Shown here: positions 41,601 to 49,466 of the stretch, piece after piece
How the letters are laid out: each line of letters opens with the position of its first letter
Numbering within the stretch: position 1 is the stretch's first letter
DNA from: Bacteroidales bacterium
GTDB taxonomy: Bacteria > Bacteroidota > Bacteroidia > Bacteroidales > Tenuifilaceae
Length of the DNA: 64,000 bases
NCBI GenBank assembly: GCA_020636835.1
Contig: JACJXC010000007.1
Location: 281,229 to 345,228 of the forward strand
Direction: 5' to 3'
Notes under the pieces: model-generated
Seen by the model: only the letters and a program-made list of their open reading frames with translations
Database searches by the model: none
What the model was told of the DNA's origin: nothing
Made by a program: the position numbers and the translations under genes

Positions 41601-42232
41601 TTCAGCTCATCCATGGAATACCCACTAAATGCTAATGCACGGTTGTTAGCTAAAATAAAGTTTCCCTTTGCATCGCCCTGAAAAAAAGCATCGGGAGCCA
41701 ACTCCAGTAGTAATCGGTAGTTCTCCTCGCTTTCCTGTAGCGCCGTTTCGGTTTTTTTTCGCTCAGATATGTTTTGGTGCATAAGCACATAGCGTTCAGG
41801 TTTACCCTGTGCATCGAACAACGGGAATGCAACCATTCTAATCCATACGATAGCATCGGGAGCATTTGCCTCTACTTTATGGGCATTGTAGTGTAAATCG
41901 GAAAATCGAACCGATTCGCCTTTCCTTAGTTTGTCGAACAGATAGCTGTAATTTAACTCCTTAACCTGCGCATCGTCAAAAACTGAGTAATCCTTAGGCG
42001 GTACTGCGCCAAATAGGGTAATGAACGAATTATTTACTAGTTGTGTATAGCCATTCTTATCGACTATCTGAATGGATATAGGGTTATACTCAATAATATC
42101 CTTTATTTGCTTTATGTTGATATCTCGTACCTCGATTGTTTCCTGATGCAGTGCTTTTAGTGCATCGTAATCCTGTTGCAATCTTTTTAACTCATCAAGT
42201 AGTTGTTCTTTCGATTTGTCTTTCATATTCAT
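38639..42232 (-). CDS. Hybrid sensor histidine kinase/response regulator with multiple PAS domains
   Basis: Repeated PAS/PAC blocks, HisKA (ANMSHEIRTPMNG), HATPase (GAGLGLSI), and a C-terminal receiver (VLIVEDD…D). Confidence 0.9.
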   Translation of the reverse strand: MNMKDKSKEQLLDELKRLQQDYDALKALHQETIEVRDINIKQIKDIIEYNPISIQIVDKNGYTQLVNNSFITLFGAVPPKDYSVFDDAQVKELNYSYLFDKLRKGESVRFSDLHYNAHKVEANAPDAIVWIRMVAFPLFDAQGKPERYVLMHQNISERKKTETALQESEENYRLLLELAPDAFFQGDAKGNFILANNRALAFSGYSMDELNAMNMRQLFSSSELNKKPLRYDLLDKGEVVTAERETLRKDGSTVIVEMTSRKMPNGTYQSFMRDISERKIAENAIKESEQQYRAIFENTGTASIIIDEDTTILLTNSEWVSLSGYTPEEMEGKMSWTQFVVPEDLERMRQYHKTRRVDPDGAPHKYYFRYIRRNGEIRFMVNSVGIIPGSKKSIASLIDITELKNAERTLIENERKLKTIIETSPDGIAISALDGTVQFVTNQIVALWGYDSSDEIIGRNVLEFVEYSYREKASNLIAEMLKGHLTGAAEYVMLRKNGAQFYCESNANVLHDANNNPIGILFVNRDITLRKQTEFELIRAKELAEESEAKYRLIFENAPLGILHFDNNGRIIACNEEFVRIIGSSKQVLVGLDMLKLPDNKVVEALKVAIVGGVGHYEDYYRSTTANKVTPVQIVFAPIYANQKQVGGVGIIQDITERKQNELILKEQNEEYMALNEELLQTNEELHKAKGMVEKSEEKFRLMLKNSNDTFLLVNDKAEQFYVSEAAVRATGFSLNELLGPIQNVIYPDDLDVVLKAWNEVLIKKDETIRVQYRHKHKTKEYIWFEAVGQNFLDNPLINAVVINVRDITPIKEFEQELIKAKEKAEESDRLKSAFLANMSHEIRTPMNGILGFTSLLKQARDTSREQKEYIDIIEKSGFRLLGIINDIIDISKIESGQMKLKIAPTSIDEQLKYLYDFFKPEAELKGLALFLKKGAGVEGLSISTDGEKLYAILTNLIKNAIKFTEKGVVIVKCELSDDCVEFMVKDTGIGIPKDRQEAIFERFVQADISDKNAYQGAGLGLSITKAFVQMLGGRIWVESEEQQGSSFYFTIPVIKQPLASTAKSAVDAKTSQHNFPKLKVLIVEDDPASSTLLTLMLTHLNFAILQANNGQSAIDIIGKNPDIDLVLMDVKMPVMNGLEATENIRKFNRNVVIIAQTAHALTGDREKAIRAGCNDYIPKPISYEVLVNLIKKHCPA

Positions 42233-42407
42233 ACGGTCAAAACTTTTTTGAGAGATTCATAATCAAGGCATTAGTGCAGATTAATAAAAAGCCTGAATCA
42301 ACTATGAAACTTACAATTTATTTATTTTTCTCGACATACCGAGTTAATTTTTGCAATTTATGTTTGACCAAAAAGAATTAACTTTGCACCTCAAATTATC
42401 AAATAAG

Positions 42408-43937
42408 ATGAGTAACCGTAGAGTTAGAGTTCGTTTTGCCCCTAGTCCAACAGGGCCATTGCATATTGGCGGAGTTAGAACCGCACTTTTCAACTACTTT
42501 TTTGCCCGCAAGCATGCCGGCGATTTTATCCTCAGGATTGAGGATACCGACTCGCAGCGGTTTGTTCCTGGTGCCGAGGATTATATCAATGAGAGTTTAC
42601 GCTGGTGCGGTATTAAAATTGATGAAGGCGTTCGCGAGGGAGGCCCACATGCACCATACCGCCAAAGCGAGCGGAAACCAATTTATAAGCAGTATGCCGA
42701 TAAACTGGTGGAGAGTGGCAACGCGTACATTGCGTTCGATGCTCCCGATGTTTTGGATAAACTCCGTACCGATGCTGAGGCAAAAGGCGAAGTGTTTACC
42801 TACAACTACTCGGTTCGAGAAAAAATGGAAACCTCCCTGGTACTTTCGGCAAGCGAGGTTAAGCAACGTATTGAACGTGGCGACCAGTGGGTTGTACGTT
42901 TCAAAATGCCCGAAAACGAAGAGGTTGTAATGCAGGATTTAATTCGCGGCGAAGTTCGTGTAAACACATCAACACTCGACGATAAGGTGCTTTTTAAGAG
43001 CAGCGATATGCTCCCCACATACCATTTGGCGAACGTTACCGACGATTACCTGATGGAAATTTCGCACGTAATTCGTGGCGAGGAGTGGTTGCCTTCGTTA
43101 CCATTGCACGTGTTGCTTTACCGTGCCTTCGACTGGGAGGATAAAATGCCTGAGTTTGCACATCTTCCTTTGTTGCTTAAACCAACAGGAAACGGGAAAC
43201 TCAGCAAGCGCGATGGCGATAAAATGGGATTCCCCGTGTTTCCTCTGCTCTGGAAATCGGGCGAGGGTGAAATATCGAGGGGTTACCGCGAGGATGGATA
43301 TTTCCCCGAAGCTTTTGTCAACCTGCTTGCGCTTTTAGGCTGGAACCCCGGCACAGAGCAGGAATTGTTCTCGATGGATGAACTCATCAACCTGTTCAGC
43401 ATCGACCGTGTAAACAAATCGGGAGCACGGTTCGACCCTGAAAAAGCAAAATGGTTCAACCATCAGTACCTAATCCGCAAGAGCGAAACAGAGCTGGCCG
43501 AATTGTTCCAACCAATTCTTGAACAGTACAATTTCGATGTTCCTTTCGAGAAATTGGTTCGCATTGTTAGCCTGGTTAAGGAACGCCTAAACTTTGTTCA
43601 CGAAATTTGGGAGCAAACCAACTTCTTCTTTGAGCGTCCATTGCAATACGACCAGCAAGCCGTGGCAAAGTTCTGGAAAGAGGATACTGCTGAAATTATG
43701 AACGAAGTAGCCGAGGTAATAACTGGCATTGCGAAGTGGGATGTTGAAACCATTGAGCACTCAATTAAGGAGTTCATAAACGCAAAAGGTTACGGAATGG
43801 GTAAGGTAATGAACGCTGTAAGGCTTAGCCTTGTTGGCGCATCAAAAGGTCCAGGTGTTGCCGATATTTGCGAGGTGCTAGGAAAAGAGGAAACCATTCA
43901 GCGCTTTAAGCAGGCAGTTGCTATACTTGGGAAGTAA
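42408..43937 (+). CDS. gltX: Glutamate--tRNA ligase
   Basis: HIGH region [19 protein letters not shown]-like LSKR. Start [10 protein letters not shown] is an internal Met of the longer ORF. Confidence 0.95.
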   Translation: MSNRRVRVRFAPSPTGPLHIGGVRTALFNYFFARKHAGDFILRIEDTDSQRFVPGAEDYINESLRWCGIKIDEGVREGGPHAPYRQSERKPIYKQYADKLVESGNAYIAFDAPDVLDKLRTDAEAKGEVFTYNYSVREKMETSLVLSASEVKQRIERGDQWVVRFKMPENEEVVMQDLIRGEVRVNTSTLDDKVLFKSSDMLPTYHLANVTDDYLMEISHVIRGEEWLPSLPLHVLLYRAFDWEDKMPEFAHLPLLLKPTGNGKLSKRDGDKMGFPVFPLLWKSGEGEISRGYREDGYFPEAFVNLLALLGWNPGTEQELFSMDELINLFSIDRVNKSGARFDPEKAKWFNHQYLIRKSETELAELFQPILEQYNFDVPFEKLVRIVSLVKERLNFVHEIWEQTNFFFERPLQYDQQAVAKFWKEDTAEIMNEVAEVITGIAKWDVETIEHSIKEFINAKGYGMGKVMNAVRLSLVGASKGPGVADICEVLGKEETIQRFKQAVAILGK

Positions 43938-43969
43938 GCGATATAAGCATTTGCTGGTGATATTACAAA

Positions 43970-44299
43970 ATGTTATATCTTTGTGATAATGATTGCAATA
44001 TGACAGAAACAACACAGACATTGAATTACTTAGGGGTTAACAAGGATAGGTTTCAGAAAGAATACCATTTGAAACGTATTGGAATATTTGGCTCATTTGC
44101 CAGAGGCGAACAAACCGAAAAAAGTGATATTGATATTCTGGTTGAATTTGAAGATGGTACCGACAATCTATTCGATTTAAAGCAAATGCTTAGAACCGAA
44201 ATTCAATCAATTTTCAGAGTGCCGGTTGATATCTGTCGAGAAAAATACATCAAGCCCTTTTTTAAAGACCAAATATTACGAGAAGTAAAATATGCATAA
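43970..44299 (+). CDS. Nucleotidyltransferase (Pol-beta superfamily, MntA-like)
   Basis: GIFGSFARGE…DIDILVEF motif. Low-GC gene. No HEPN/HepT partner ORF nearby. Confidence 0.75.
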   Translation: MLYLCDNDCNMTETTQTLNYLGVNKDRFQKEYHLKRIGIFGSFARGEQTEKSDIDILVEFEDGTDNLFDLKQMLRTEIQSIFRVPVDICREKYIKPFFKDQILREVKYA

Positions 44300-44342
44300 T
44301 ATTTCTCATAGAGACGTTGCCTGCCTATTAAGTATTCTCGAT

Positions 44343-44475
44343 TCAATGTCGTTTAGTTAAGCATATTTGTCATGTTGAGCGAAGCGAAACATCTTAAAAC
44401 ACTAAATAAATAGAGATCCTTCGCTTTGCTCAGGATGACAAATGGAGTGTTTGTTTTGTTAACTTAACGACATTG
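44343..44475. repeat. Nested palindromic MITE/REP-like element. Outer IR tcaatgtcgtttagttaa / ttaacttaacgacattga flanks two inverted copies of a TTGTCATnnTGAGCgAAGCGAAnnATC unit.
   Basis: Inverted repeats read directly in the sequence. The unit recurs at 45627-45656. Confidence 0.75.
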
Positions 44476-44530
44476 ATTCGCTAAACATTTTTAAACTTTT
44501 ACTGTTGATTTATTCATTACATTTGTAACG

Positions 44531-44617
44531 ATGAAAAGAATTCAAAACATAGTTTATTGCACCTGTTGTTGTCAAGGAAATACTTGGCCGCAAGGGGTAT
44601 TGCTATGTTTAGGATAA
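44531..44617 (+). CDS. Candidate Cys-codon-rich leader peptide (MKRIQNIVYCTCCCQGNTWPQGVLLCLG), 28 aa
   Basis: ATG…TAA ORF with 5 of 28 Cys codons and a C-T-C-C-C run. It lies between a TAcaTTTG -7-like promoter motif (44518-44525) and an intrinsic terminator, 20 nt upstream of cysE. Confidence 0.45.
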   Translation: MKRIQNIVYCTCCCQGNTWPQGVLLCLG

Positions 44618-44652
44618 ATCTATTGAATAGATACTAATACAATCAAACATAA

Positions 44653-44684
44653 CCCTTCCGGCCTCCGGAGGGGTTTTTTATTTT
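44653..44684 (+). terminator. Intrinsic terminator/attenuator hairpin cccttccgg…ccggagggg + T6AT4 immediately upstream of cysE
   Basis: GC-rich 8-9 bp stem plus T-tract. Its 5' arm (44653-44663) can alternatively pair with 44586-44597 (ggccgcaagggg), 10 bp with 1 mismatch. Confidence 0.7.
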
Positions 44685-44706
44685 ATCAATTTTAAATACA
44701 TGCGTT

Positions 44707-45480
44707 ATGAATTTTTTAAGATTTAGGAAAAAATACAACATAAAGGTTGACGTTGAGGAATTCACCCAACTTGTGCTAATGCATCTCTTCCCAGAGATGC
44801 TTAACCGACGAACGTTTAACGTTAATTCAAGCGAAGTTTACCGAGAACTTAACAAACTGCTTAAAAAACAGATTGGCGATAACTCAAAGGCAGATTTACT
44901 TGCAAAAGAATTTACTACAGAGCTACCATTGCTGCATAAAGCACTTATTGCCGATGCTAACTTTATCGCCAAAAACGATCCTGCTGCAAGTGGAATTGAC
45001 GAGGTGATTGTAACATATCCAGGATTTTCGGCAATTGGCACTTATCGATTGGCACACTATTTAGCCAATAAAGGTGTACCTTTAATCCCAAGAATTATGA
45101 CTGAGTGGGCACATTCCAAAACCGGTATCGATATTCACCCAAAAGCAACCATTGGAAAGGAGTTTTTCATAGACCACGGAACGGGCATCGTAATTGGCGA
45201 AACAGCCATAATTGGTAACAGGGTAAAAATCTACCAAGGCGTTACTATTGGCGCGCTAAGCGTAGGCAAGGAATTGGCTCAAACTAAACGCCATCCCACT
45301 ATTGAGGATGATGTAGTAATCTATGCCGGAAGTACAATTCTTGGTGGATATACAGTAATTGGGCGTAATAGCATTATTGGCGGCAACGTATGGCTCACAA
45401 AGAGCGTTGAACCAAACTCGTTGGTTTACCACGAAAGCAAAGTAATTGTTAGAGAACGTGAAACTGTAAACAAAGTATAA
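44707..45480 (+). CDS. cysE: Serine O-acetyltransferase
   Basis: Hexapeptide signature DIHPKATIGKEFFIDHGTGIVIGETAIIG…IYQGVTIG. Confidence 0.9.
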   Translation: MNFLRFRKKYNIKVDVEEFTQLVLMHLFPEMLNRRTFNVNSSEVYRELNKLLKKQIGDNSKADLLAKEFTTELPLLHKALIADANFIAKNDPAASGIDEVIVTYPGFSAIGTYRLAHYLANKGVPLIPRIMTEWAHSKTGIDIHPKATIGKEFFIDHGTGIVIGETAIIGNRVKIYQGVTIGALSVGKELAQTKRHPTIEDDVVIYAGSTILGGYTVIGRNSIIGGNVWLTKSVEPNSLVYHESKVIVRERETVNKV

Positions 45481-45589
45481 TATTTTGATAAAAAGATGGT
45501 TGCCTTCGGCGAGCTCTCCGCTAGTGGCGAATGGGTTTCGAGCGGTAGCGAGAAATCTAATATTGATAAATATGAATGATTAACGAGCG

Positions 45590-45660
45590 AGATGCTTCGA
45601 CAAGTTCAGCATGACAAGTAACAATGTGTTTTGTCATCCCGAGCGAAGCCGAGGGATCTA
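45590..45660. repeat. Two adjacent short repeats: an inverted copy of GTCATGCTGAACTTGTnnnAGCATCTC, and TTTGTCATCCCGAGCGAAGCCGAGGGATC
   Basis: The first matches 62073-62105 in the opposite orientation. The second matches the arms of the 44343-44475 element. Confidence 0.7.
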
Positions 45661-45672
45661 AAAACAAAAAAT

Positions 45673-46581
45673 ATGAAAGCACAAAGTTTACTGGAGACTG
45701 TTGGTAGAACACCACATATCCGACTCAACAAAATATTCCCTAACAACGAGGTTTGGATTAAGGATGAACGCAGAAATCCGTCGGGAAGCATTAAGGATAG
45801 AGCCGCTTTGGCAATGATAGAGGATGCTGAACAAAGCGGAATCTTAAAAAGCGGAAGTGTGATTGTGGAGCCCACATCGGGTAACACGGGTATTGGCTTG
45901 GCCATGATAGCGGCCATTAAGAATTACAGGCTGATTTTAACAATGCCCGAGTCGATGTCCATTGAGCGCCGACGATTGCTTAGCGCTTACGGCGCAGAAC
46001 TAGTTCTTACACCAAAAGCCGAAGGTATGAAGGGTGCGATTGCCAAGGCCGAGGAAATTGTTAATGCTACACCAAATGCTTGGATGCCGATGCAGTTCGC
46101 AAACCAATCGAACCCCAACACCCACTACGTAAACACGGCCAACGAAATTACAGCCGACTTCCCCAACGGAATTGACTACCTGGTTGTCGGTGTCGGAACA
46201 GGAGGCCATATCTCAGGAATAGGGAGTAAACTAAAAGAAGTTTTCCCTAATATAAAAATTATAGCAGTGGAACCATTGGATTCCCCAATGATATCGGAAG
46301 GAAAGGCTGGCCCACATCCAATACAAGGGATTGGTGCTGGGTTTATTCCACAAAACCTGAACAGGGATATTATTGATGAAGTGATTAAGGTTGAAGGTGC
46401 TGATGCCTTCGAAATGGTTAGGGAACTTGCAAAAACCGAAGGATTCCTTGCAGGAATATCAACCGGAGCAAACCTAGTAGCAGTAACCGAACTATTGGCA
46501 AGAATCGGCTCGGGGAAAAGAATCGTAACAGTTGCCTACGATTCGGCAGAACGGTACCTAAGTGTGGATGGGTTGTTTTAG
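45673..46581 (+). CDS. cysK: Cysteine synthase (O-acetylserine sulfhydrylase)
   Basis: PLP-Lys region SIKDRAA, and TSGNTGIGLA glycine loop. Start MKAQSLLETVGRTPHIRLN. Confidence 0.9.
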   Translation: MKAQSLLETVGRTPHIRLNKIFPNNEVWIKDERRNPSGSIKDRAALAMIEDAEQSGILKSGSVIVEPTSGNTGIGLAMIAAIKNYRLILTMPESMSIERRRLLSAYGAELVLTPKAEGMKGAIAKAEEIVNATPNAWMPMQFANQSNPNTHYVNTANEITADFPNGIDYLVVGVGTGGHISGIGSKLKEVFPNIKIIAVEPLDSPMISEGKAGPHPIQGIGAGFIPQNLNRDIIDEVIKVEGADAFEMVRELAKTEGFLAGISTGANLVAVTELLARIGSGKRIVTVAYDSAERYLSVDGLF

Positions 46582-46600
46582 TCCCTCATTAAAAACAGAA

Positions 46601-46624
46601 AAGCCTCCGATTTCTCAGAGGCTT
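46601..46624. terminator. Hairpin aagcctc / gaggctt, likely a terminator for the minus-strand tRNA transcript and possibly for cysK
   Basis: 7-bp stem. On the minus strand it is followed by TTCTGTTTTTA. Confidence 0.5.
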
Positions 46625-46628
46625 TCCG

Positions 46629-46713
46629 TACCCGGGGCGGGACTTGAACCCGCACGGCCGCTATGGCCACAGGATTTTAAGTCCTGCGTGTCTACCAGTT
46701 CCACCACCCGGGC
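46629..46713 (-). tRNA. tRNA-Leu (anticodon TAA), type II with long variable arm
   Basis: Reverse complement GCCCGGGTGGTGGAACTGGTAGACACGCAGGACTTAAAATCCTG…GCGGGTTCAAGTCCCGC…. Shows anticodon loop CTTAAAA and T-loop GGTTCAAGT. Confidence 0.85.
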
Positions 46714-46786
46714 AAACTTTTTTGTTACTTTACTTTCTTAAACTTTAAAAGTTCAAAGCACCCACTTTGAACTTTTAAAGAACTTG

Positions 46787-46859
46787 AGCGGAAGACGAGA
46801 CTCGAACTCGCGACCCTAACCTTGGCAAGGTTATGCTCTACCAACTGAGCTACTTCCGC
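46787..46859 (-). tRNA. tRNA-Gly (anticodon GCC)
   Basis: Reverse complement GCGGAAGTAGCTCAGTTGGTAGAGCATAACCTTGCCAAGGTTAGGGTCGCGAGTTCGAGTCTCGTCTTCCGCT is near-identical to the canonical tRNA-Gly(GCC). Confidence 0.9.
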
Positions 46860-46988
46860 GTTTTGTTTTGGTGATGCAAAAATATACCATTTCTGAATAT
46901 CTGCAAATAAAATCTTCAAATTTTTTTCTAAAATTATTTGCATTGCTCCAAAATTCCTGAAAAAGAACACCTAACAATTCCAAAAAAA

Positions 46989-48083
46989 TTATAGCCACTC
47001 TAAAAGTTCCCTTGCTATAACCTCCGAGGCCTTACCTTCTCCATACAAATCAATGCCAAAATCCGATTCTTTTGAGACCATTGCTTTATATGAGCCGTAG
47101 AGTTTCTCGGAGGAGGAGCCACAAAGAGCGTTGAATCCATTCTCAACCAACTCCACCCACTCTGTTTGCTCGCGCATGGTTACGCAATGTTTCTTAAAGA
47201 AAAATGCCTCTTTTTGCACACCCCCGCTATCGGTAACCACCAAGGAGCAGTTATTGAGCAGCGATATCATATCGAAATACCCTACGGGATCGATAATCAT
47301 AAATTCCGGGGATAGTTTATGACTGGCGAGTATTTTCCTGGTCCGAGGATGTAGTGGAACAACCACTGAAATTTCCTTATTGATTCGGTTAAGCCCATCG
47401 ATAATACCCTTTAGATTATCGATATTATCGGTGTTTTCCTGACGGTGAATGGTTGCCAAAACAAACCGCTCGGGAATTGAATGCTCGGCTATTACTGTGG
47501 ATATTCTACGCGCCTTTTCGATATAGAAGTACGCCGCATCTTGCATTACATCGCCATTTTTAACAATTTTGGATTGGAAGTTATCAAAACCTTCGGATTT
47601 AAGATTTCTGATGGCCGCATCGGTTGGGCAGAACAACAAATCGGAAATCCTATCGGTTAGGATCCGGTTTATCTCCTCGGGCATATCCATGTTGAATGAT
47701 CGTAATCCGGCCTCGACATGCACCACACGGATGTGCAACTTCTTTGCCACCAAGGCTCCGGCTAACGTGGAGTTTGTGTCGCCGTAAACCATTACAGCGG
47801 ATGGCTTCTCATCAACCATAATCTTCTCCAATGCCTCCATCATTCGGCCAGTCATTGCTCCATGACCTAAACTATTGATCTCAAGATTATAGGTTGGTTT
47901 GGGAATCTCCATTTCGCGGAAAAACACATCGGACATGTTATCGTCGAAATGCTGACCGGTGTGGACAATCAACTCGGAAATTCCGTGCTTGCTAAGCTGA
48001 CGGCTCACCGCCGCCGCTTTAATGAATTGAGGACGTGCCCCAACAACTGTAAGTATTTTAGCCATAAAATTATACTTGCTCAA
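46989..48083 (-). CDS. wecB: UDP-N-acetylglucosamine 2-epimerase (non-hydrolysing)
   Basis: N-terminus KILTVVGARPQFIKAA, with conserved epimerase motifs throughout. Confidence 0.9.
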   Translation of the reverse strand: MSKYNFMAKILTVVGARPQFIKAAAVSRQLSKHGISELIVHTGQHFDDNMSDVFFREMEIPKPTYNLEINSLGHGAMTGRMMEALEKIMVDEKPSAVMVYGDTNSTLAGALVAKKLHIRVVHVEAGLRSFNMDMPEEINRILTDRISDLLFCPTDAAIRNLKSEGFDNFQSKIVKNGDVMQDAAYFYIEKARRISTVIAEHSIPERFVLATIHRQENTDNIDNLKGIIDGLNRINKEISVVVPLHPRTRKILASHKLSPEFMIIDPVGYFDMISLLNNCSLVVTDSGGVQKEAFFFKKHCVTMREQTEWVELVENGFNALCGSSSEKLYGSYKAMVSKESDFGIDLYGEGKASEVIARELLEWL

Positions 48084-49404
48084 TTATTTCTATAATCTTG
48101 CCTGTAAGACTCCTGCGCGAATACTCCTCAATATTTCCAATTTTGGGATAAAGGTTATTCGATTTATAGGAGTTATAATAATTAGCGATAATCTGCTTCG
48201 CCTTTTTCAAATCGCCATAATCAACCATCTCGCCAACGCCCGTTTTGGTTAAAATATCGCATAAATTACCATTGCTTGGGCCAACACCAAAAATAACTCT
48301 GCCCGACCCAAGGTACTCAAAGAATTTGCCTGTAAGTATGCCCGAAGCGTTAGGTGTATTATTCACAACTAGAAGTAAAACCTGCGATTGTTTTTGCAAT
48401 GTAATAGCTTCGTCGTGTTTTAAAAACTCAATATGCTCAAAAAAATGATCTAAGTTCAACTCCTTTAGAGATTCTCTAACTGAAAAATCGACCTGTCCAA
48501 CCAGCCTTATTAACAAATCATCCTTTAGCGAGGGGATTTCTGTAATCAACTCCGACAGGGCTTTCCATAGAATATCCGGATTGCGGGGAGCATTCAATGT
48601 ACCAACATGGGCAATGCTAAATTTGCTATCCAAATTTACATTACCAGCGGAAACCTCATCCTCATCGTAACCATTGGTTATAACATCGATTCGCTTGGGA
48701 TTCAACGGCAGATATTCCTGTTTCATTTGCTCGGACACAACAAGAATTGCATCTGCTGAACCTATCACCTTTTTCTCCAACCGATGATGAATTCTGTCGG
48801 CAATAAAGGTAAGTTTTAGCTCCTTATAAAAATCGATATTTGTCCAAGGATCCCTAAAATCGGCAATCCACTTAATGTTTAACCTTTTCTTTAACTTCAG
48901 ACCTATAAGATGCATTGAATGCGGGGGACCTGTTGTAATTATCGCCTCAATGTTATTCTGTTTAATGTAATCCTCAAGCCTCCTTACCGATGGACGAACC
49001 CAAAAAATTCTTGGATCGGGAATTAGTAAATTCCCCCTTAACCACACCATAAAGCCATGCAGAAATCCCTTTTTCTTGCCCTGAGAGACAAAGCTAACCC
49101 CAATACGCTGATTCCTTTTGCCAGTAATAAACTTATAGATATTGTAAGGTTCCCAAATCCGGGTTTTAACAACCTCCAAACCAACGGGAATATCCTTTAG
49201 TAAAGATTCGTCTTCCGCTGGTGCCTCTGGATTTTCGGGCGTATAAATTATGGGCTCCCAACCATAAGCACGGAAATACTTAACAAATTTCAACCACCGA
49301 AAAACACCTGCACCACCGGAGGGTGGCCAGTAGTATGTAATAATTAAAGCCTTTTTACTGGATAATTGCATCAATAAAAATTTAATCGGGTCAAAGATAA
49401 TCAC
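48070..49404 (-). CDS. Glycosyltransferase (GT4/group 1-like)
   Basis: About 444 aa with Rossmann-like GT-B halves. Overlaps the wecB start, so likely operonic. Confidence 0.6.
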   Translation of the reverse strand: MIIFDPIKFLLMQLSSKKALIITYYWPPSGGAGVFRWLKFVKYFRAYGWEPIIYTPENPEAPAEDESLLKDIPVGLEVVKTRIWEPYNIYKFITGKRNQRIGVSFVSQGKKKGFLHGFMVWLRGNLLIPDPRIFWVRPSVRRLEDYIKQNNIEAIITTGPPHSMHLIGLKLKKRLNIKWIADFRDPWTNIDFYKELKLTFIADRIHHRLEKKVIGSADAILVVSEQMKQEYLPLNPKRIDVITNGYDEDEVSAGNVNLDSKFSIAHVGTLNAPRNPDILWKALSELITEIPSLKDDLLIRLVGQVDFSVRESLKELNLDHFFEHIEFLKHDEAITLQKQSQVLLLVVNNTPNASGILTGKFFEYLGSGRVIFGVGPSNGNLCDILTKTGVGEMVDYGDLKKAKQIIANYYNSYKSNNLYPKIGNIEEYSRRSLTGKIIEIIEQV

Positions 49405-49466
49405 TTTAACCCGATATGCGATTTAAGCAATAATAAATCGGTGATGCAGGTGCTTTTCGTGCAACT

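Noticed and set aside
44618-44632. Short palindrome atctatt-g-aatagat after the leader stop codon as an additional attenuator hairpin
   Set aside because: The 1-nt loop is sterically impossible. As a 5-bp AT stem it is too weak to call.
45606-45917. 103-aa minus-strand ORF inside the cysK region
   Set aside because: It is antisense to cysK and begins within the palindromic repeat (…LGFARDDKTHCYLSC is a typical repeat-derived pseudo-ORF).
46725-46970. 81-aa ORF on the minus strand
   Set aside because: It overlaps the tRNA-Gly(GCC) gene and the tRNA leader. It is a spurious ORF.
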